From a virus, in the IMG/VR virus record IMGVR_UViG_3300006790_000001, positions 1 through 64,000 of that record: 64,000 nucleotides of DNA; one strand, written 5' to 3'. The notes beneath the pieces were generated by a model. It was not told where the DNA came from. It worked only from the letters and a program-made list of their open reading frames with translations, and made no database searches. The position numbers and the translations under genes are program-made. Position 1 is the stretch's first letter. Every line of letters starts with the position of its first letter. Positions 1 to 10,700 of the stretch are shown here, piece by piece.

Positions 1-21
1 CAAGCACGACCGAGTGAACTG

Positions 22-2700
22 ATGCCGCTCTCGGTCGACTTCGTCAACAAGATCATCTACCCGGACCGCGCCGAAATGGTGCAGGTTCAGACGACGCCGA
101 TCGCCATCTATCAGATGGATCTAGACAAGCTGCATCTCGACTTGCGTGACCGGGAGGACGACGAAGACGGGATGTGGGGCCTGAAGACCCACGACTACAA
201 AGGGCCGACCACCCTCTCTGGCGTCACTTATGCGCGACTCATTGAGATCGTGAACGACTACACCGTCACCTTCCTGCCCGATGCGGCTTGGGTGGTGCAG
301 ATCGTCGGCGGCAACTCGAACGTCGGCGACCGAGTGAACCCGAACAACGTCTCGGTCCAGGTGGCGAACTCGGCAGGCTTGCAGGACGCCGAGTCGCTCC
401 AGGCTTCTTCGTTCCTGGGGTCGGTGTCGCTCGACGTCACCTCGCCATACTCCGGCACGGTGTTCCCGATCGGCACCCGCCAGTCGCCCGTCAACAATCT
501 CGCCGACGCCCGATCTATCGCGATTGAGCGTGGCCTTCGGAACATCTCGATCCTGTCGAACATGACGCTCGGCGCTGGCGACTTCTCCGACGGCTACACG
601 TTCGTCGGCGAATCGCCGATCATCACGGCGGTCACGATCGACACCGCAGCAGACGTGACGAACTGCCGGTTTCAGAACATGTTCGTGAACGGGGTGCTGG
701 ACAACAACAACGAATTCCGAGAATGCGTCGTCGGCGACCTTGAATTCTTCAACGGCGGAATCTTGCAGTGCGCTTTCGTCGGGACCGTGATACTTGGCGG
801 CGGCGTGCAAGCACAGATCTATGACTCATGGTCAGGAAACGCGGCGCACGGCTTCAACGACTACCCCGAGTTCGACCTTGGCGGCAGCGGCCAGGACCTC
901 GTGCTCCGCAACTACACCGGCGGTATACGGCTGATCAACAGCACCGGGCCGAACGACGTCTCGATGGACATCACGTCGGGCCGGGTCTTCATCGACTCGA
1001 CCGTCACCGACGGCGACATCGAGATCAGGGGCAACGCCCGCATCCAAGACGAGTCGACCGGCACGACGGTCGTCCGCAACGAGACTCTGAACCAGGCGCA
1101 AGAACTCGCAGCGTTTGAGGGTGCCGTCACGGTCGATCCAATCAACGGTACGACCGGCGAAACGGAATACCCGTTCGGCACGGCCGGGTCTCCGGTGCTG
1201 ACCCTCGCCGATGCGTTGACAATCTCGGCGAACCGCGGTCTCCCACAAATCAACTTCACATCGTCATACACCTTCGGTCCCGGCGACGACGTAACCGACA
1301 AGCTTCTATCGGGCCGCGGGCCATCGACGGTCCTCACCTTCCAGTCCGGTTCGATCACGACCCGAACGAACTTTCAATTCTGCACCGTCGAGGGCACGAT
1401 CGCCCAGTTTGGGAACTTCAGCTTCTGCCATTTCCGGCACGTCACCGACGCAACGGTCGGCACGCATGGCCTAGTGCAATTCCAGCAATGCTCGTTCGAC
1501 GGCACCTGGACGTTCGCAACGGCTCACACCATGACCCTGGAATTGCTCTACTGCGTCACCGGCGCAGCCAGCAACACGCTCAACGGAGGCGTCGCGACTC
1601 TCGACTTCAACGGTGCCGACGCCGAGGTCGCGATACGCAACTGGTCCGGCGCAATGGAACTCAAAGGCATCAGCAACGCCGCAGCCGACATCTCCGTCGA
1701 CTTCTTCTCCGGTTCGGTGAGGGTCGACCCCGACTGCACCGACGGCGCTCTGATCCTTCGCGGCGACGCCATCGTGAACGACCTGTCGAACGGTACCGAC
1801 GTCACGAACGCCACGATCCACGAGGCAACCGAGGCAGCCGCCTACGCCGGATATGTGACGGTCGACGAGACGAACCTGACCGGCGCAGCAGTGGCCGGAA
1901 CCGAGTTCCCAGCGGGCACCGACGAGAACCCCTCGAACAACATCGAAGACGCCATGGCGATCGCACGCGACCGCGGCCTCGTGGAGATGCGAGTGATCGG
2001 GCCGCTAGTTGTCGACGGCACGAACAACATCGAAGGCATGACCCTGTTCTGCCGACTCGTCGGCTCGTCGGTGAACCTTACCGACGCAGCGGCCGAGGTG
2101 AACCGCACGGCGTTCCTCAACCTCGCAGTGTTCGGCGTCCTAGAAGAGCGGTCCTCGTTCAAGGACTGCTTCGTGTTCAACTCGACCTTCGAGCGGGTAA
2201 GGCTTCGGAACTGCGGCCTGTCGCAGACGTTGACGATGACCGGCGGCGGCACCAGCGTGCTAGAGGACTGCTACTCGGGTTATCCGCTGGGCCAGAACAA
2301 CGCCGACCCGGCTGCGCCAGTGTTCGACCTGGGCGGCACTGGGCAGTCGCTGAGGATGGTCGGCTGGCGCGGTAACTGCACGATCCAGAACCTGACCGAC
2401 TCTGCCGAGTATGTGGAGATCGACTCGACGACCGGGGTGATCACGATCGACTCGACCGTCACCGCCGGGACGATCAAAGTCCGAGGGTCGGCGCAGGTGA
2501 TCGACAATTCGACCGGCACAACTGTCGTCGAGATCGAGTCCAGCCCGGACGGCACGAAGATCGACGAGATGTGGAAGCTCCAAGGGCTTGACGCATCGAA
2601 CCCGACTACAGCGACCCCGACCCAGGTCACGTCGGCAGGGATCACCGTCGACATCGCTGGCGACCCGGACGTGTCTCAGACAGCGACGAGGCAGCCATGA
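22..2700 (+). CDS. tail fiber / tailspike-like structural protein built from three tandem ~245-aa modules
   Basis: 892-aa ORF. Residues ~130-365, ~366-610 and ~611-850 are paralogous: each starts ..VTVD..(F/Y)P.GT...P...L.DA..IA..RGL and ends IDSTVT.G.I.(I/V)RG.A.(I/V).D.S.GT.V. Asn/Gly/Thr/Val-rich, beta-helix-like composition. Lies in a run of structural genes. Confidence 0.6.
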   Translation: MPLSVDFVNKIIYPDRAEMVQVQTTPIAIYQMDLDKLHLDLRDREDDEDGMWGLKTHDYKGPTTLSGVTYARLIEIVNDYTVTFLPDAAWVVQIVGGNSNVGDRVNPNNVSVQVANSAGLQDAESLQASSFLGSVSLDVTSPYSGTVFPIGTRQSPVNNLADARSIAIERGLRNISILSNMTLGAGDFSDGYTFVGESPIITAVTIDTAADVTNCRFQNMFVNGVLDNNNEFRECVVGDLEFFNGGILQCAFVGTVILGGGVQAQIYDSWSGNAAHGFNDYPEFDLGGSGQDLVLRNYTGGIRLINSTGPNDVSMDITSGRVFIDSTVTDGDIEIRGNARIQDESTGTTVVRNETLNQAQELAAFEGAVTVDPINGTTGETEYPFGTAGSPVLTLADALTISANRGLPQINFTSSYTFGPGDDVTDKLLSGRGPSTVLTFQSGSITTRTNFQFCTVEGTIAQFGNFSFCHFRHVTDATVGTHGLVQFQQCSFDGTWTFATAHTMTLELLYCVTGAASNTLNGGVATLDFNGADAEVAIRNWSGAMELKGISNAAADISVDFFSGSVRVDPDCTDGALILRGDAIVNDLSNGTDVTNATIHEATEAAAYAGYVTVDETNLTGAAVAGTEFPAGTDENPSNNIEDAMAIARDRGLVEMRVIGPLVVDGTNNIEGMTLFCRLVGSSVNLTDAAAEVNRTAFLNLAVFGVLEERSSFKDCFVFNSTFERVRLRNCGLSQTLTMTGGGTSVLEDCYSGYPLGQNNADPAAPVFDLGGTGQSLRMVGWRGNCTIQNLTDSAEYVEIDSTTGVITIDSTVTAGTIKVRGSAQVIDNSTGTTVVEIESSPDGTKIDEMWKLQGLDASNPTTATPTQVTSAGITVDIAGDPDVSQTATRQP

Positions 2701-2852
2701 TCCGCAACTTGACTCGTGGCACGCTGGGCCGCAACCATCAGATGGCGCTGGTCACTGGTGGTGTGCTCGATCTTGCCGGGGTTGTTAAGGGCGGCTTCGC
2801 TTGCCTTACCGTGTCGGCTCCTTGGGCCAAGATGCAGATGAGCAAGTGCTGA
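2697..2852 (+). CDS. hypothetical small protein (51 aa)
   Basis: Hand-translated ORF below the track cutoff (MIRNLTRGTLGRNHQMALVTGGVLDLAGVVKGGFACLTVSAPWAKMQMSKC). Its ATG overlaps the fiber stop (ATGA at 2697-2700). No other support. Confidence 0.25.
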   Translation: MIRNLTRGTLGRNHQMALVTGGVLDLAGVVKGGFACLTVSAPWAKMQMSKC

Positions 2853-3010
2853 TGAATCAACAATGCGCCAAGTTGAATCTGACGTTCGCCACAAGCGACC
2901 TCGACCTTGAAGAACCCGAAGCTCGGATGACCATCATTGAGCCAACCGTCGACCTTTCGGTCGGGTATTCGACTGCGGTGCTAACGTTGGCGATCGATAA
3001 GAACTGTTGA
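2852..3010 (+). CDS. hypothetical small protein (52 aa)
   Basis: In frame with track ORF 2801..3010. ATG 2852 shares a base with the preceding TGA (2850-2852), which suggests translational coupling. Confidence 0.25.
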   Translation: MNQQCAKLNLTFATSDLDLEEPEARMTIIEPTVDLSVGYSTAVLTLAIDKNC

Positions 3011-3017
3011 GGGAATC

Positions 3018-3320
3018 ATGGCATCGTCTGCGGCGGTTACATACGGCACAGCGCCAGTGGCGAACGTCCTGTTCTATGCGGCTGATGGTTCGTTGAGCGA
3101 TCCGACCACGGTGACGTTTCTGTTGCGGAGGCCGGACCGGACAGTGGTCACTACCGTTGCTCCCGATGCGGCCATCCAGAACCCTTCGGTGGGTAGTTGG
3201 AGCTATCAGCTCCCGGCGCTCGACCAGGAAGGGGCTTGGTTCGTTCGGGCTGAGGGCTCTGGCGCTGTGACAGCTGCGTCGGAAACCAAGATCACGGTTC
3301 GCGATTCCGAGTTCTACTGA
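3018..3320 (+). CDS. hypothetical virion-associated protein (100 aa)
   Basis: ORF with a GAGGGAA Shine-Dalgarno-like sequence before the ATG. Stop is coupled to the next gene (TGATG at 3318-3322). Beta-rich composition. Located in the structural run. Confidence 0.5.
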   Translation: MASSAAVTYGTAPVANVLFYAADGSLSDPTTVTFLLRRPDRTVVTTVAPDAAIQNPSVGSWSYQLPALDQEGAWFVRAEGSGAVTAASETKITVRDSEFY

Positions 3321-3811
3321 TGGTTCAGATAGATAACTTCGGGCAGCTCATCGCCGAGGTGGAGCAGCAGGTTGTCTGGGGCGTCAAACAGCGGACACGG
3401 GAAGCAGCAAAGCTGTTGTTGGAGCTGTTGCGAGAGAACGCCCCGGTCGACATGGACGAGCAGAACCGGAAACGGGGCCCGCACCTGGCCGACCAGATCT
3501 CTCTCAACGTGCGCGAGGTAGACGACGATTTCGAGATCATTGTCACGATGCCCGGCTACGCAAAGTTCACCGAGTTCGGAACCGAACCGCACGTCATTAC
3601 CCCGAGGGACCCCGGCGGGGTTCTGCGGTTCTTCGTGGCGGCCGAAGAGGTGTTCCGTACGATCGTGAACCATCCCGGCACCCCAGCCACTGGTTGGGTA
3701 AGCGCTTCGTTGGATGAGTGGCGGCCGATACTGCTAGACCAGCTTGCTCAGGGGCGGTTCTTGGAGCGGGCCCCGGGCCCGAAGGACTTTGAGATAAGGA
3801 TCGAGCCGTGA
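3320..3811 (+). CDS. HK97 gp10-like neck / tail-completion protein
   Basis: 163 aa. The segment ..ENAPVD...(25 aa)...MPGYAKFTEFGTEPH.. matches my memory of the gp10-family signature (aP.dTG...Ya..vEfGT). Positioned upstream of the tail chaperones. Confidence 0.5.
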   Translation: MVQIDNFGQLIAEVEQQVVWGVKQRTREAAKLLLELLRENAPVDMDEQNRKRGPHLADQISLNVREVDDDFEIIVTMPGYAKFTEFGTEPHVITPRDPGGVLRFFVAAEEVFRTIVNHPGTPATGWVSASLDEWRPILLDQLAQGRFLERAPGPKDFEIRIEP

Positions 3812-4296
3812 CTCTGCCTATCACTGATGCCGCTTGTTGCATCCGAGATGCGATCGTTGAGATGCTGGACCGAGAGTGCGGCCGTGAACGACCCAGCTGC
3901 ACCTGGGTCTCGACCAACCCCACCCCCGGCGTGGGGTGCTGCGACGCCATTCTTGTTCGCCACACCCGCATCGAGAACCTGGCCCCGGTCGGGGTTCGGA
4001 CCAGTGTCGCCAAGTTCCGCATGACGTTCGACGTCAAGGTCACCCGGTGCAAGCCAGCTATCGATTCGGATAAGGACTCGTTGTCGGTCGAGCAGGAAGA
4101 AGAGTTCGCCAACGAAGTGCTGGACGAGCGGTGGGTCCTGGCGAGCGAGCTGATGGGCTATCTGATTTCTGAGTGCGGGAGTTGTTCCACTATTCGATGC
4201 GCTGAGTACGAGGTGTCAACGATCGAGTCTTACGATGACGCTTTCTGTTCGGGTCATCAGTTCACGGTTCGCTTCGTTGCGGTGCCAGCCGAGTAG
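3808..4296 (+). CDS. hypothetical Cys-rich structural protein, at the position usually held by the major tail / tail terminator gene
   Basis: 162-aa ORF with a 4-nt start/stop overlap (GTGA) to the upstream gene. 11 Cys by hand count. Assignment is by synteny only. Confidence 0.45.
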   Translation: MTLPITDAACCIRDAIVEMLDRECGRERPSCTWVSTNPTPGVGCCDAILVRHTRIENLAPVGVRTSVAKFRMTFDVKVTRCKPAIDSDKDSLSVEQEEEFANEVLDERWVLASELMGYLISECGSCSTIRCAEYEVSTIESYDDAFCSGHQFTVRFVAVPAE

Positions 4297-4305
4297 GCTC
4301 GTCGC

Positions 4306-4710
4306 ATGTCTGAACCCAACAAGAAGAAGTCTGCTCCGAAGGTCCTTGCTGAATTCAACACGGCGTTGGCGGCGGTTAGGGCTGAGCGGGACGAGCAGCA
4401 GAATGCGATCCTCGTGGAGGTCGACGGCACCGCCTACATCTGGACCGTGGTTGACACCAATGATGTCGATTTCTACGAGTCGGTCATGATGTGGTTCGGT
4501 TATGCCGAGTTCGAAGAGCGGCGACGTCCGCTGATTCGGCAGGTGTTTGAGGCGATGCTGACTAAAGAATCTTTGGCCGAGTGGGAACGCTTGATCGAGG
4601 AACAGGGTCGGGTGCCTTTGGGCAGTGATGAGTTGACGGTCATTGTGGCTGACACGTTCATGGCGATGACCGGACTTAGTGCGGCAAAAGCAGAGTCCTC
4701 TGCCGACTAG
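4306..4710 (+). CDS. tail assembly chaperone (gpG-like)
   Basis: 134-aa acidic ORF, first of two small ORFs directly upstream of the tape measure gene. This is the canonical siphovirus arrangement. Confidence 0.5.
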   Translation: MSEPNKKKSAPKVLAEFNTALAAVRAERDEQQNAILVEVDGTAYIWTVVDTNDVDFYESVMMWFGYAEFEERRRPLIRQVFEAMLTKESLAEWERLIEEQGRVPLGSDELTVIVADTFMAMTGLSAAKAESSAD

Positions 4711-4718
4711 CTGTTGAA

Positions 4719-4973
4719 TTGTGGGGTCTCTGGGAGACCGTCCACGACATGTCGGTGGAGGACGGCCTCCGAAAGACTCTTCTTAAGATCTATTACTTGG
4801 GGCCTACCGTGTTCGCCTCTGAAGCTTGGCAAGACCTGCGTATCGACATGGGCGAATCTCCTGCTGAGATTGTCAACTACGCTTCTATTCAGGACGAGAA
4901 GAAGCGGAACGAGATGCGCAATCGGTATGTCGACATGGTGCAACGTCATCGCGAGATGGGGATTGAGTCATGA
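4719..4973 (+). CDS. tail assembly chaperone, gpT-like part (possibly made by a -1 frameshift from 4306..4710)
   Basis: ORF lies in the -1 frame relative to 4306..4710. That frame is open from 4680, overlapping the last 29 nt of the upstream gene. Only a TTG start is available at 4719. Its stop is coupled to the tape measure start (ATGA at 4970-4973). Confidence 0.4.
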   Translation: MWGLWETVHDMSVEDGLRKTLLKIYYLGPTVFASEAWQDLRIDMGESPAEIVNYASIQDEKKRNEMRNRYVDMVQRHREMGIES

Positions 4974-7762
4974 GTTTCGATGACGATTTCACGTTCAACA
5001 TCATCGGCGAACTGGGATTCGACACTGACGAGGTCAGCGTTCAAGATGTCGAGCGAACTGTTGCTCGCCTCCGTGAACAACTTGAACAGCTGAATGATCC
5101 AATACCAATTAGCGCTCAGCAGCGACGCTTTGAGGAATACCAGACCGGCTTTCTTAACTTGCTCCAGGAGCAGGAAAAGCTGGTAAGCGCTGATCAAGAG
5201 CGGGCTGCGATTCAAGAACAGATCACCTCATTGGTTGAGCGGCAGAGCGAGGTAGTTCAGCAGATTGCTGCTGAACAGAGGGAAGCTTTCTTCCCGCCTC
5301 AGCTGTCGGTCAGCGATCAAGAGCTTGATCAAATATTCAGCGTCCCCGACGTTGAAGAATCGGGGTTATCGCAGGTAATCCAGACGAGCGATCAGTTTTT
5401 GAAACGGCTGGCTCGCACCGCTGGTACTGCTGCCACTTTGCTAAACACAGTCCGAGCAATTCCTCGCGGCATCAATGCCATCGGCGAAGCAGCTAGAGAG
5501 CAAGCCGCATCCATTGCTGATTCGTTTGATCAGATCGGAGTTCCGATTCAGGAACAGGCTGATTTGATTCGCACTGATCTAATTGCTGCTCAGATAGAAG
5601 CAGAGGCTGGTTGGGGCGATTATGCGTCATCAATCGCCGCTGCTGCGATCGATTCGATTCCGTTCATCGGGAGCCTTCGTCAAGAAATTGCTCAGCTGAC
5701 GGCTGACACTGAGCTGACAGCTTTGAGCGTCGTTCCGTTTCTTCAGGACATTCAGACCGAAAGTGCTGCTGCGGCTGAAGCGTTCGGGAAATTGGTGAAT
5801 GCGGGCAGTCAAGAAGAACTTGATCGGGCCATAGCTGACATCAGAGCTTTGACAGAGGAAGAGCTGTTCGGCCAATTGGTTGACACCCCCGTACTGGAAG
5901 AAGCCCGGGCAGCTATTGAAGATTTCGTCAATGATGCGGTTCGCAACTTTGATGCCCTTGAAGAATCGAACAGGAGAGTTATTGAGGCCCAAGGCGGGTT
6001 TGAAGCTTTGACTAATGCAATCTTCAGTGAGGTTTCTCCCGCTCAAGAAGAAGCTGTAGAACTAGCTCGGGCCCTGGGCGAAACTTACTTTGAAACAGGG
6101 CAGATCAGTGAAGCGGCATTTCTGCTGTTAGAAGATGCCGCAAACGAAGCTCGCGTACCAGTTGAAACCTTGTTTGATGAGATGCGGGCTGGCCGGAACG
6201 AAGCTGAGAAAGCAGCTGAAGAGCAGGCTAGGGCTGAGGAAGAGCAAGCTAGGCGGTACGCCGAAGCTAGGGCAGCTGTGGCTGCTTCTCGAACGGCTGA
6301 TCTCCGCAACTTCGAAACTTACATTGCGGGTCTTGAGCAGGGCTACGAAGCTGTCGAAGCGAGCAGGGCGGCCGCTGAAGAGGAATTTGCAGGGGCTCTT
6401 GCTTCAGGGCTAGAGGAGCAGCGGCAGCGGATCGAAGGGCTGCTGCAGATCGACTTCAGCGTCAACACCGAAGACGCGATCGATGACTTTGAGGAACTGA
6501 CCGGGAACATCCAGACCCAGCTTGATCAGTTCAACGCTCGGGAAGCAGCAGCGTTAGAGCTGGTCCCGATTCTTGGCGCAGATTCAGAGGTCATCAAAGC
6601 TCTCCGGGCCGGGAAGCTCGACCAGTTCTTGCAAGGGGAAGGACTGGAACTGTCCGAGGTCGTGAAGCTGGAGCTTCAGCTCGATAAAGTGAATGAAGCC
6701 AAGGCGCTTGCTTTGGCCAACACGGTCGAAGGCAATATCGATCTTGCCACGAGTGCCCTGGATGAGGGTGAGATCCGGGCACTTGGTGGTGTCCCCGGCG
6801 AGTTCCTGATCGAGGGTCTTGAGCAGGCGATCCTTGACGGGGAGATGGACATCACTTCGGCGGTCTTGAGTGTTCTTCGTTCGGCCGAGGCCGCAGCTTT
6901 GGGCCCTGATGGTCTGGAAACTGGGTCGCCTTCGAAGAAGACCTACCAGTGGGGCGAGTGGATGATGGAGGGTCTCGTCAACGGGATTGACGAGAACGCT
7001 AACGCAGTCGCTGACGCTTCGGTTCGCGTGTTCGCCACGGTGGAAGAGGCGCTGGAAGGCAAGCCGCTTTTCCCGGTCGAGATCGACGCCGAAACTCAGG
7101 GGTTGCTCGATGCGATCGTGGCGCAACGGCCCGAGCCGAGTCGAGACTCGACAGCTAATTTCGCTGATTTCCTGAGCGGGCTCCAAGAGGACTTGGCCTC
7201 TGAAGCCGAAGCTGAGGCGGTGAAGCTGCAAAGGTCCGAAGCAGCTGAACGGTTGCGGGCAGCGGGCAACACGTTGTTCGGGGATCTTGTTGCTGCGGGC
7301 AACGCTGACGAGTTGTTGGATGACATCTTGCTCGCCCCGAACCAGGCGGTGTTCGATCAGATCGAGGATCAGTTGGGGATTCAGGGCCAGACGATAGGCG
7401 AAGCCTTGGTTGATGGCCTGGTTGAGGGAGTCGAGGCTTCGGAAGAAGAATACCGCAAGTCTCTGCTGACGCTCGGAGAGTCCGGGTTGCAGGCTCTGAG
7501 AGATGTCATGCTTATTCGGTCGCCGTCCAGGGTGATGTACGACATCGGCGTCAACGTTGTCGAAGGCTTACGGCTCGGCATCACCGAGAACAGCTCTTTG
7601 ATCGACGCAGCAATGACAGGACTCAGCTCGTCCATCGCTGCACCAACCGCCACGCCGGGCAGCGTCGGCGGGTCAGTGGACAACTCGCGGACCGTGAACG
7701 TCTATCCTGCAACAGTTGGCGACGACTTGATACTGGCCAAGATGATTCTCGCTGGACTGTGA
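4970..7762 (+). CDS. tape measure protein
   Basis: 930 aa, overwhelmingly Ala/Glu/Leu/Gln-rich and helical. C-terminal ..IRSPSRVMYDIGVNVVEGLRLGI.. resembles the conserved tape-measure motif. Preceded by a chaperone pair and followed by minor tail genes. Confidence 0.8.
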   Translation: MSFDDDFTFNIIGELGFDTDEVSVQDVERTVARLREQLEQLNDPIPISAQQRRFEEYQTGFLNLLQEQEKLVSADQERAAIQEQITSLVERQSEVVQQIAAEQREAFFPPQLSVSDQELDQIFSVPDVEESGLSQVIQTSDQFLKRLARTAGTAATLLNTVRAIPRGINAIGEAAREQAASIADSFDQIGVPIQEQADLIRTDLIAAQIEAEAGWGDYASSIAAAAIDSIPFIGSLRQEIAQLTADTELTALSVVPFLQDIQTESAAAAEAFGKLVNAGSQEELDRAIADIRALTEEELFGQLVDTPVLEEARAAIEDFVNDAVRNFDALEESNRRVIEAQGGFEALTNAIFSEVSPAQEEAVELARALGETYFETGQISEAAFLLLEDAANEARVPVETLFDEMRAGRNEAEKAAEEQARAEEEQARRYAEARAAVAASRTADLRNFETYIAGLEQGYEAVEASRAAAEEEFAGALASGLEEQRQRIEGLLQIDFSVNTEDAIDDFEELTGNIQTQLDQFNAREAAALELVPILGADSEVIKALRAGKLDQFLQGEGLELSEVVKLELQLDKVNEAKALALANTVEGNIDLATSALDEGEIRALGGVPGEFLIEGLEQAILDGEMDITSAVLSVLRSAEAAALGPDGLETGSPSKKTYQWGEWMMEGLVNGIDENANAVADASVRVFATVEEALEGKPLFPVEIDAETQGLLDAIVAQRPEPSRDSTANFADFLSGLQEDLASEAEAEAVKLQRSEAAERLRAAGNTLFGDLVAAGNADELLDDILLAPNQAVFDQIEDQLGIQGQTIGEALVDGLVEGVEASEEEYRKSLLTLGESGLQALRDVMLIRSPSRVMYDIGVNVVEGLRLGITENSSLIDAAMTGLSSSIAAPTATPGSVGGSVDNSRTVNVYPATVGDDLILAKMILAGL

Positions 7763-7763
7763 C

Positions 7764-10700
7764 ATGACCTACAACGTTGGGTTCCTTGAAGTCGACGGTG
7801 TCCGCATCGTGGACGGCTGCAGGTTGAAGCATTATTTGACCGCAGCCGGACCGGACCGGCCGCACCCGTCGTGGAACGCTCCCAACGATTGCCCGGATCA
7901 TTGTTGCGACGAGGACGCAGGGGTCTACGCCACTCCTTCGACGGTGTCGAATCCGGCTCCTTGGTGGGACCCTTACCAACCCGCTTCGGCTGATTTCTTC
8001 GGGGTCAACATCCGGTCGATCACGCGATCAGGCGGGTACAACACCAAGACAGAAGAAGGGAACCCGCTTCCTGCTATCCGCGAGGATACCAAGCAGTACC
8101 TGTTCATCGATGCTGAGATCGTCAGCTCGTCGTGTGAGGGGACCCGGTTCGGCGAAGAGTGGTTGAACCGGTTGTTTGCTAATTCGTGTACTGCGACCGG
8201 CGGCGCTGAGGTGACGTTCAGGCAGCATTGCGATTACGTTCGCCCGGCGACGCAGACGCTGGACGATGAGCTGCATTTCTACAGTGCTGGCGGGGCCACG
8301 ATCTATGCCAACTTCGTTCGGGACTATGACGGCACGATTACGGACACGAACCTTGGCGCAGATCTGGGGTTGACGGTTCTGACTGGTTCGTCGGAGGGCG
8401 ATGGTTCTGCTTGGGCGATCGACGGTTCTCAGAATTTGTTGTTCATCAACCCGGAGCTGGCGGTGGCGACGGTCACGTTGCCGATCGCCGGTCTGCACAC
8501 TGGGAACGTCACTGGCCTGGCTTGGTGGGGCGGCGTTCTGTACGGGATCACTTCGACGTTTGAGCTGTTGCGGTTGAATTGCACGACTGGTGTGACGACC
8601 GTGTTGGCGGGTCCGTTCACTGGGGTGGCGGCTGATCCTTGGTTGGGTGTGAACGCTGACGGGTTCTATGTGCCGAGTGCTACGGCTTCGACTATCGCCA
8701 CCATCGATAGCTCTGGCGAGACGTTGGCGGCTACCGATGTGTTCTCGGCGAGCGGGACGGTGACTTACGGGCAGTCTGCGCCGGATGGCCGGTTCTATGC
8801 TTTGATCACTGGGACCGGTTTCGCTGAGTTGATCAATCTGGCTGGCGGCGGGTTGGGTGGCGAGCTGGTGTTGGATGCTGCGCCGAACGAAACGTTGTTC
8901 GCCCCTTGGTGGCGGTCCGATCAGTTGGTGACTGTGCCATCTGAGACCGTGTACGGCAAGCGGGTGATGAGTGGCGTGCAGTTGACTCAGCCGATTCGGA
9001 TCGTGCCCGATGAGATGTTCCCTGATTGTTGTGCTGGGGGGCGGATCGAGATCGTTCTTGAGTCGAGGTTGCCGCGTTTGCATTTGCCGTCGAGGGAGTT
9101 GTGGGCGGTCGACTTGCAGTCGCCGACGTTCACTGGGGTACTTCCGAAGTTAGATCCGGCTCCGATCCCGGCGGCTGTTGAAGAGGTTTCTGCCCAGTTG
9201 AATCGGGTTGACAGGAATGTGAAGTTGTTCCGGGACGGGACTTGGTGTGATGTCAATCCTTCTTTCTCGACGGCGGATAATCCGTGTTATCGGCTGGTCG
9301 TGACTGAGTGGGAGGATTACACGTCGCCAGCGGATACCGACGAGTACGGAATCGTGGTCTACTACGATGGGCTTTCTAGGTCTCCGGGAATCTGGTCCTG
9401 GGAGCCGGTGAATGCTGCGTTGGAGTTGTCTTGCGATAAGACGGTCACGATTTCGCAGGTGCTGGTGAAGAACCCTACGTACACGCCTGAGGATAGTTCT
9501 TGCTCTGATTCTGAGCGGGCTTGTGCGGAATTGTGGGGGTTCGGCGTTGATGATGATGGGTTCCTTACGAACTTGCCGCCCCTCCTGACCAACTCTGAAA
9601 TTTGCGACGAAAACGCTTACTGGCTTTCTTCGGGGTGGACGCAGGCTGCCATCGATTACGGCTTCGACCGTTACTTCAATTATCTGGTTTGCGTTGGGGC
9701 CCAGACCGATAGAGACATAACTATCACGGACACGTTTCTGAGCACGATGAAGTCCGATTGTGCAGCTAACGGGGGCGTCGCGGGCCTCATCAAGATGAAG
9801 GTCGATGGCACTGGGGCCGTCTTATTCATTGCGAGCGGGAACTCTGGCTGCACAGGCACTTTCTGCGATCCCGAGGCCGACTGTCAGCAATATGTTATTG
9901 ATGCCCCTGGCATGAACGTCGCCGCTTCCCAATCAGGCGACAACGTCTTTGGTGGTCTCTGCGAATCGAGCGGCACTATTAACAGCGCCGGGCCGAACGC
10001 GATCCCGGCCGCTTCTGCTCTGGACCTGTCCAGCCAGCCCGATATCTGTCAACAGTGGGTCGATGTCAGCACGGGCACTAGCGGGACCCCGTTTGTTGTA
10101 GAACTCACCAACGACTCGACACCCTCCGATCTCGGTTCCTTTGCTGTTAACCCAACCTGGAACGTGAAGTCCCCGACAGACTTGGCGTTTGAGAGAACGA
10201 ACGGCCGGTTCGTCGCGAACGGTGTTTCAATTTGCACTATCAACCCTGAACTGTGCAACGAGATCGGCAACATCACGCTCACGGAAGGCCCCGACACTTG
10301 GACCGCTAACAGCTGGGGTCACGACACCTTTGCCACGTTCCCACCTGAAGGGTTCATCGGTTTCGAAGACAGCGCTCAAACTACTGCCGACTGCGACGCC
10401 ATCGTTTCTCTGACCAGGATCGAGGGCGAACCGAATTGTCAGATCTGCACCGGCCGTCTGTGTTCGGGCGGTCACCCGATCGAACCGTACCGGGAACGGC
10501 GCAGCTGTTGGGGTGCCCCATTGACCGGGAACGGGTGGGCGCAAACGTTCACGCTGGAGGGCGGCGACCTGGACCTGTACGACCTTGAATGGTCGATCGA
10601 GACCGGGTCCACGTCTCTTGATGGGACGTCGATCGAGGTCTACCCATTTGTTGAGCCGTACGGGCCTGGCCGGTTGGATTCGATCTGGTGGTACCGCCAA

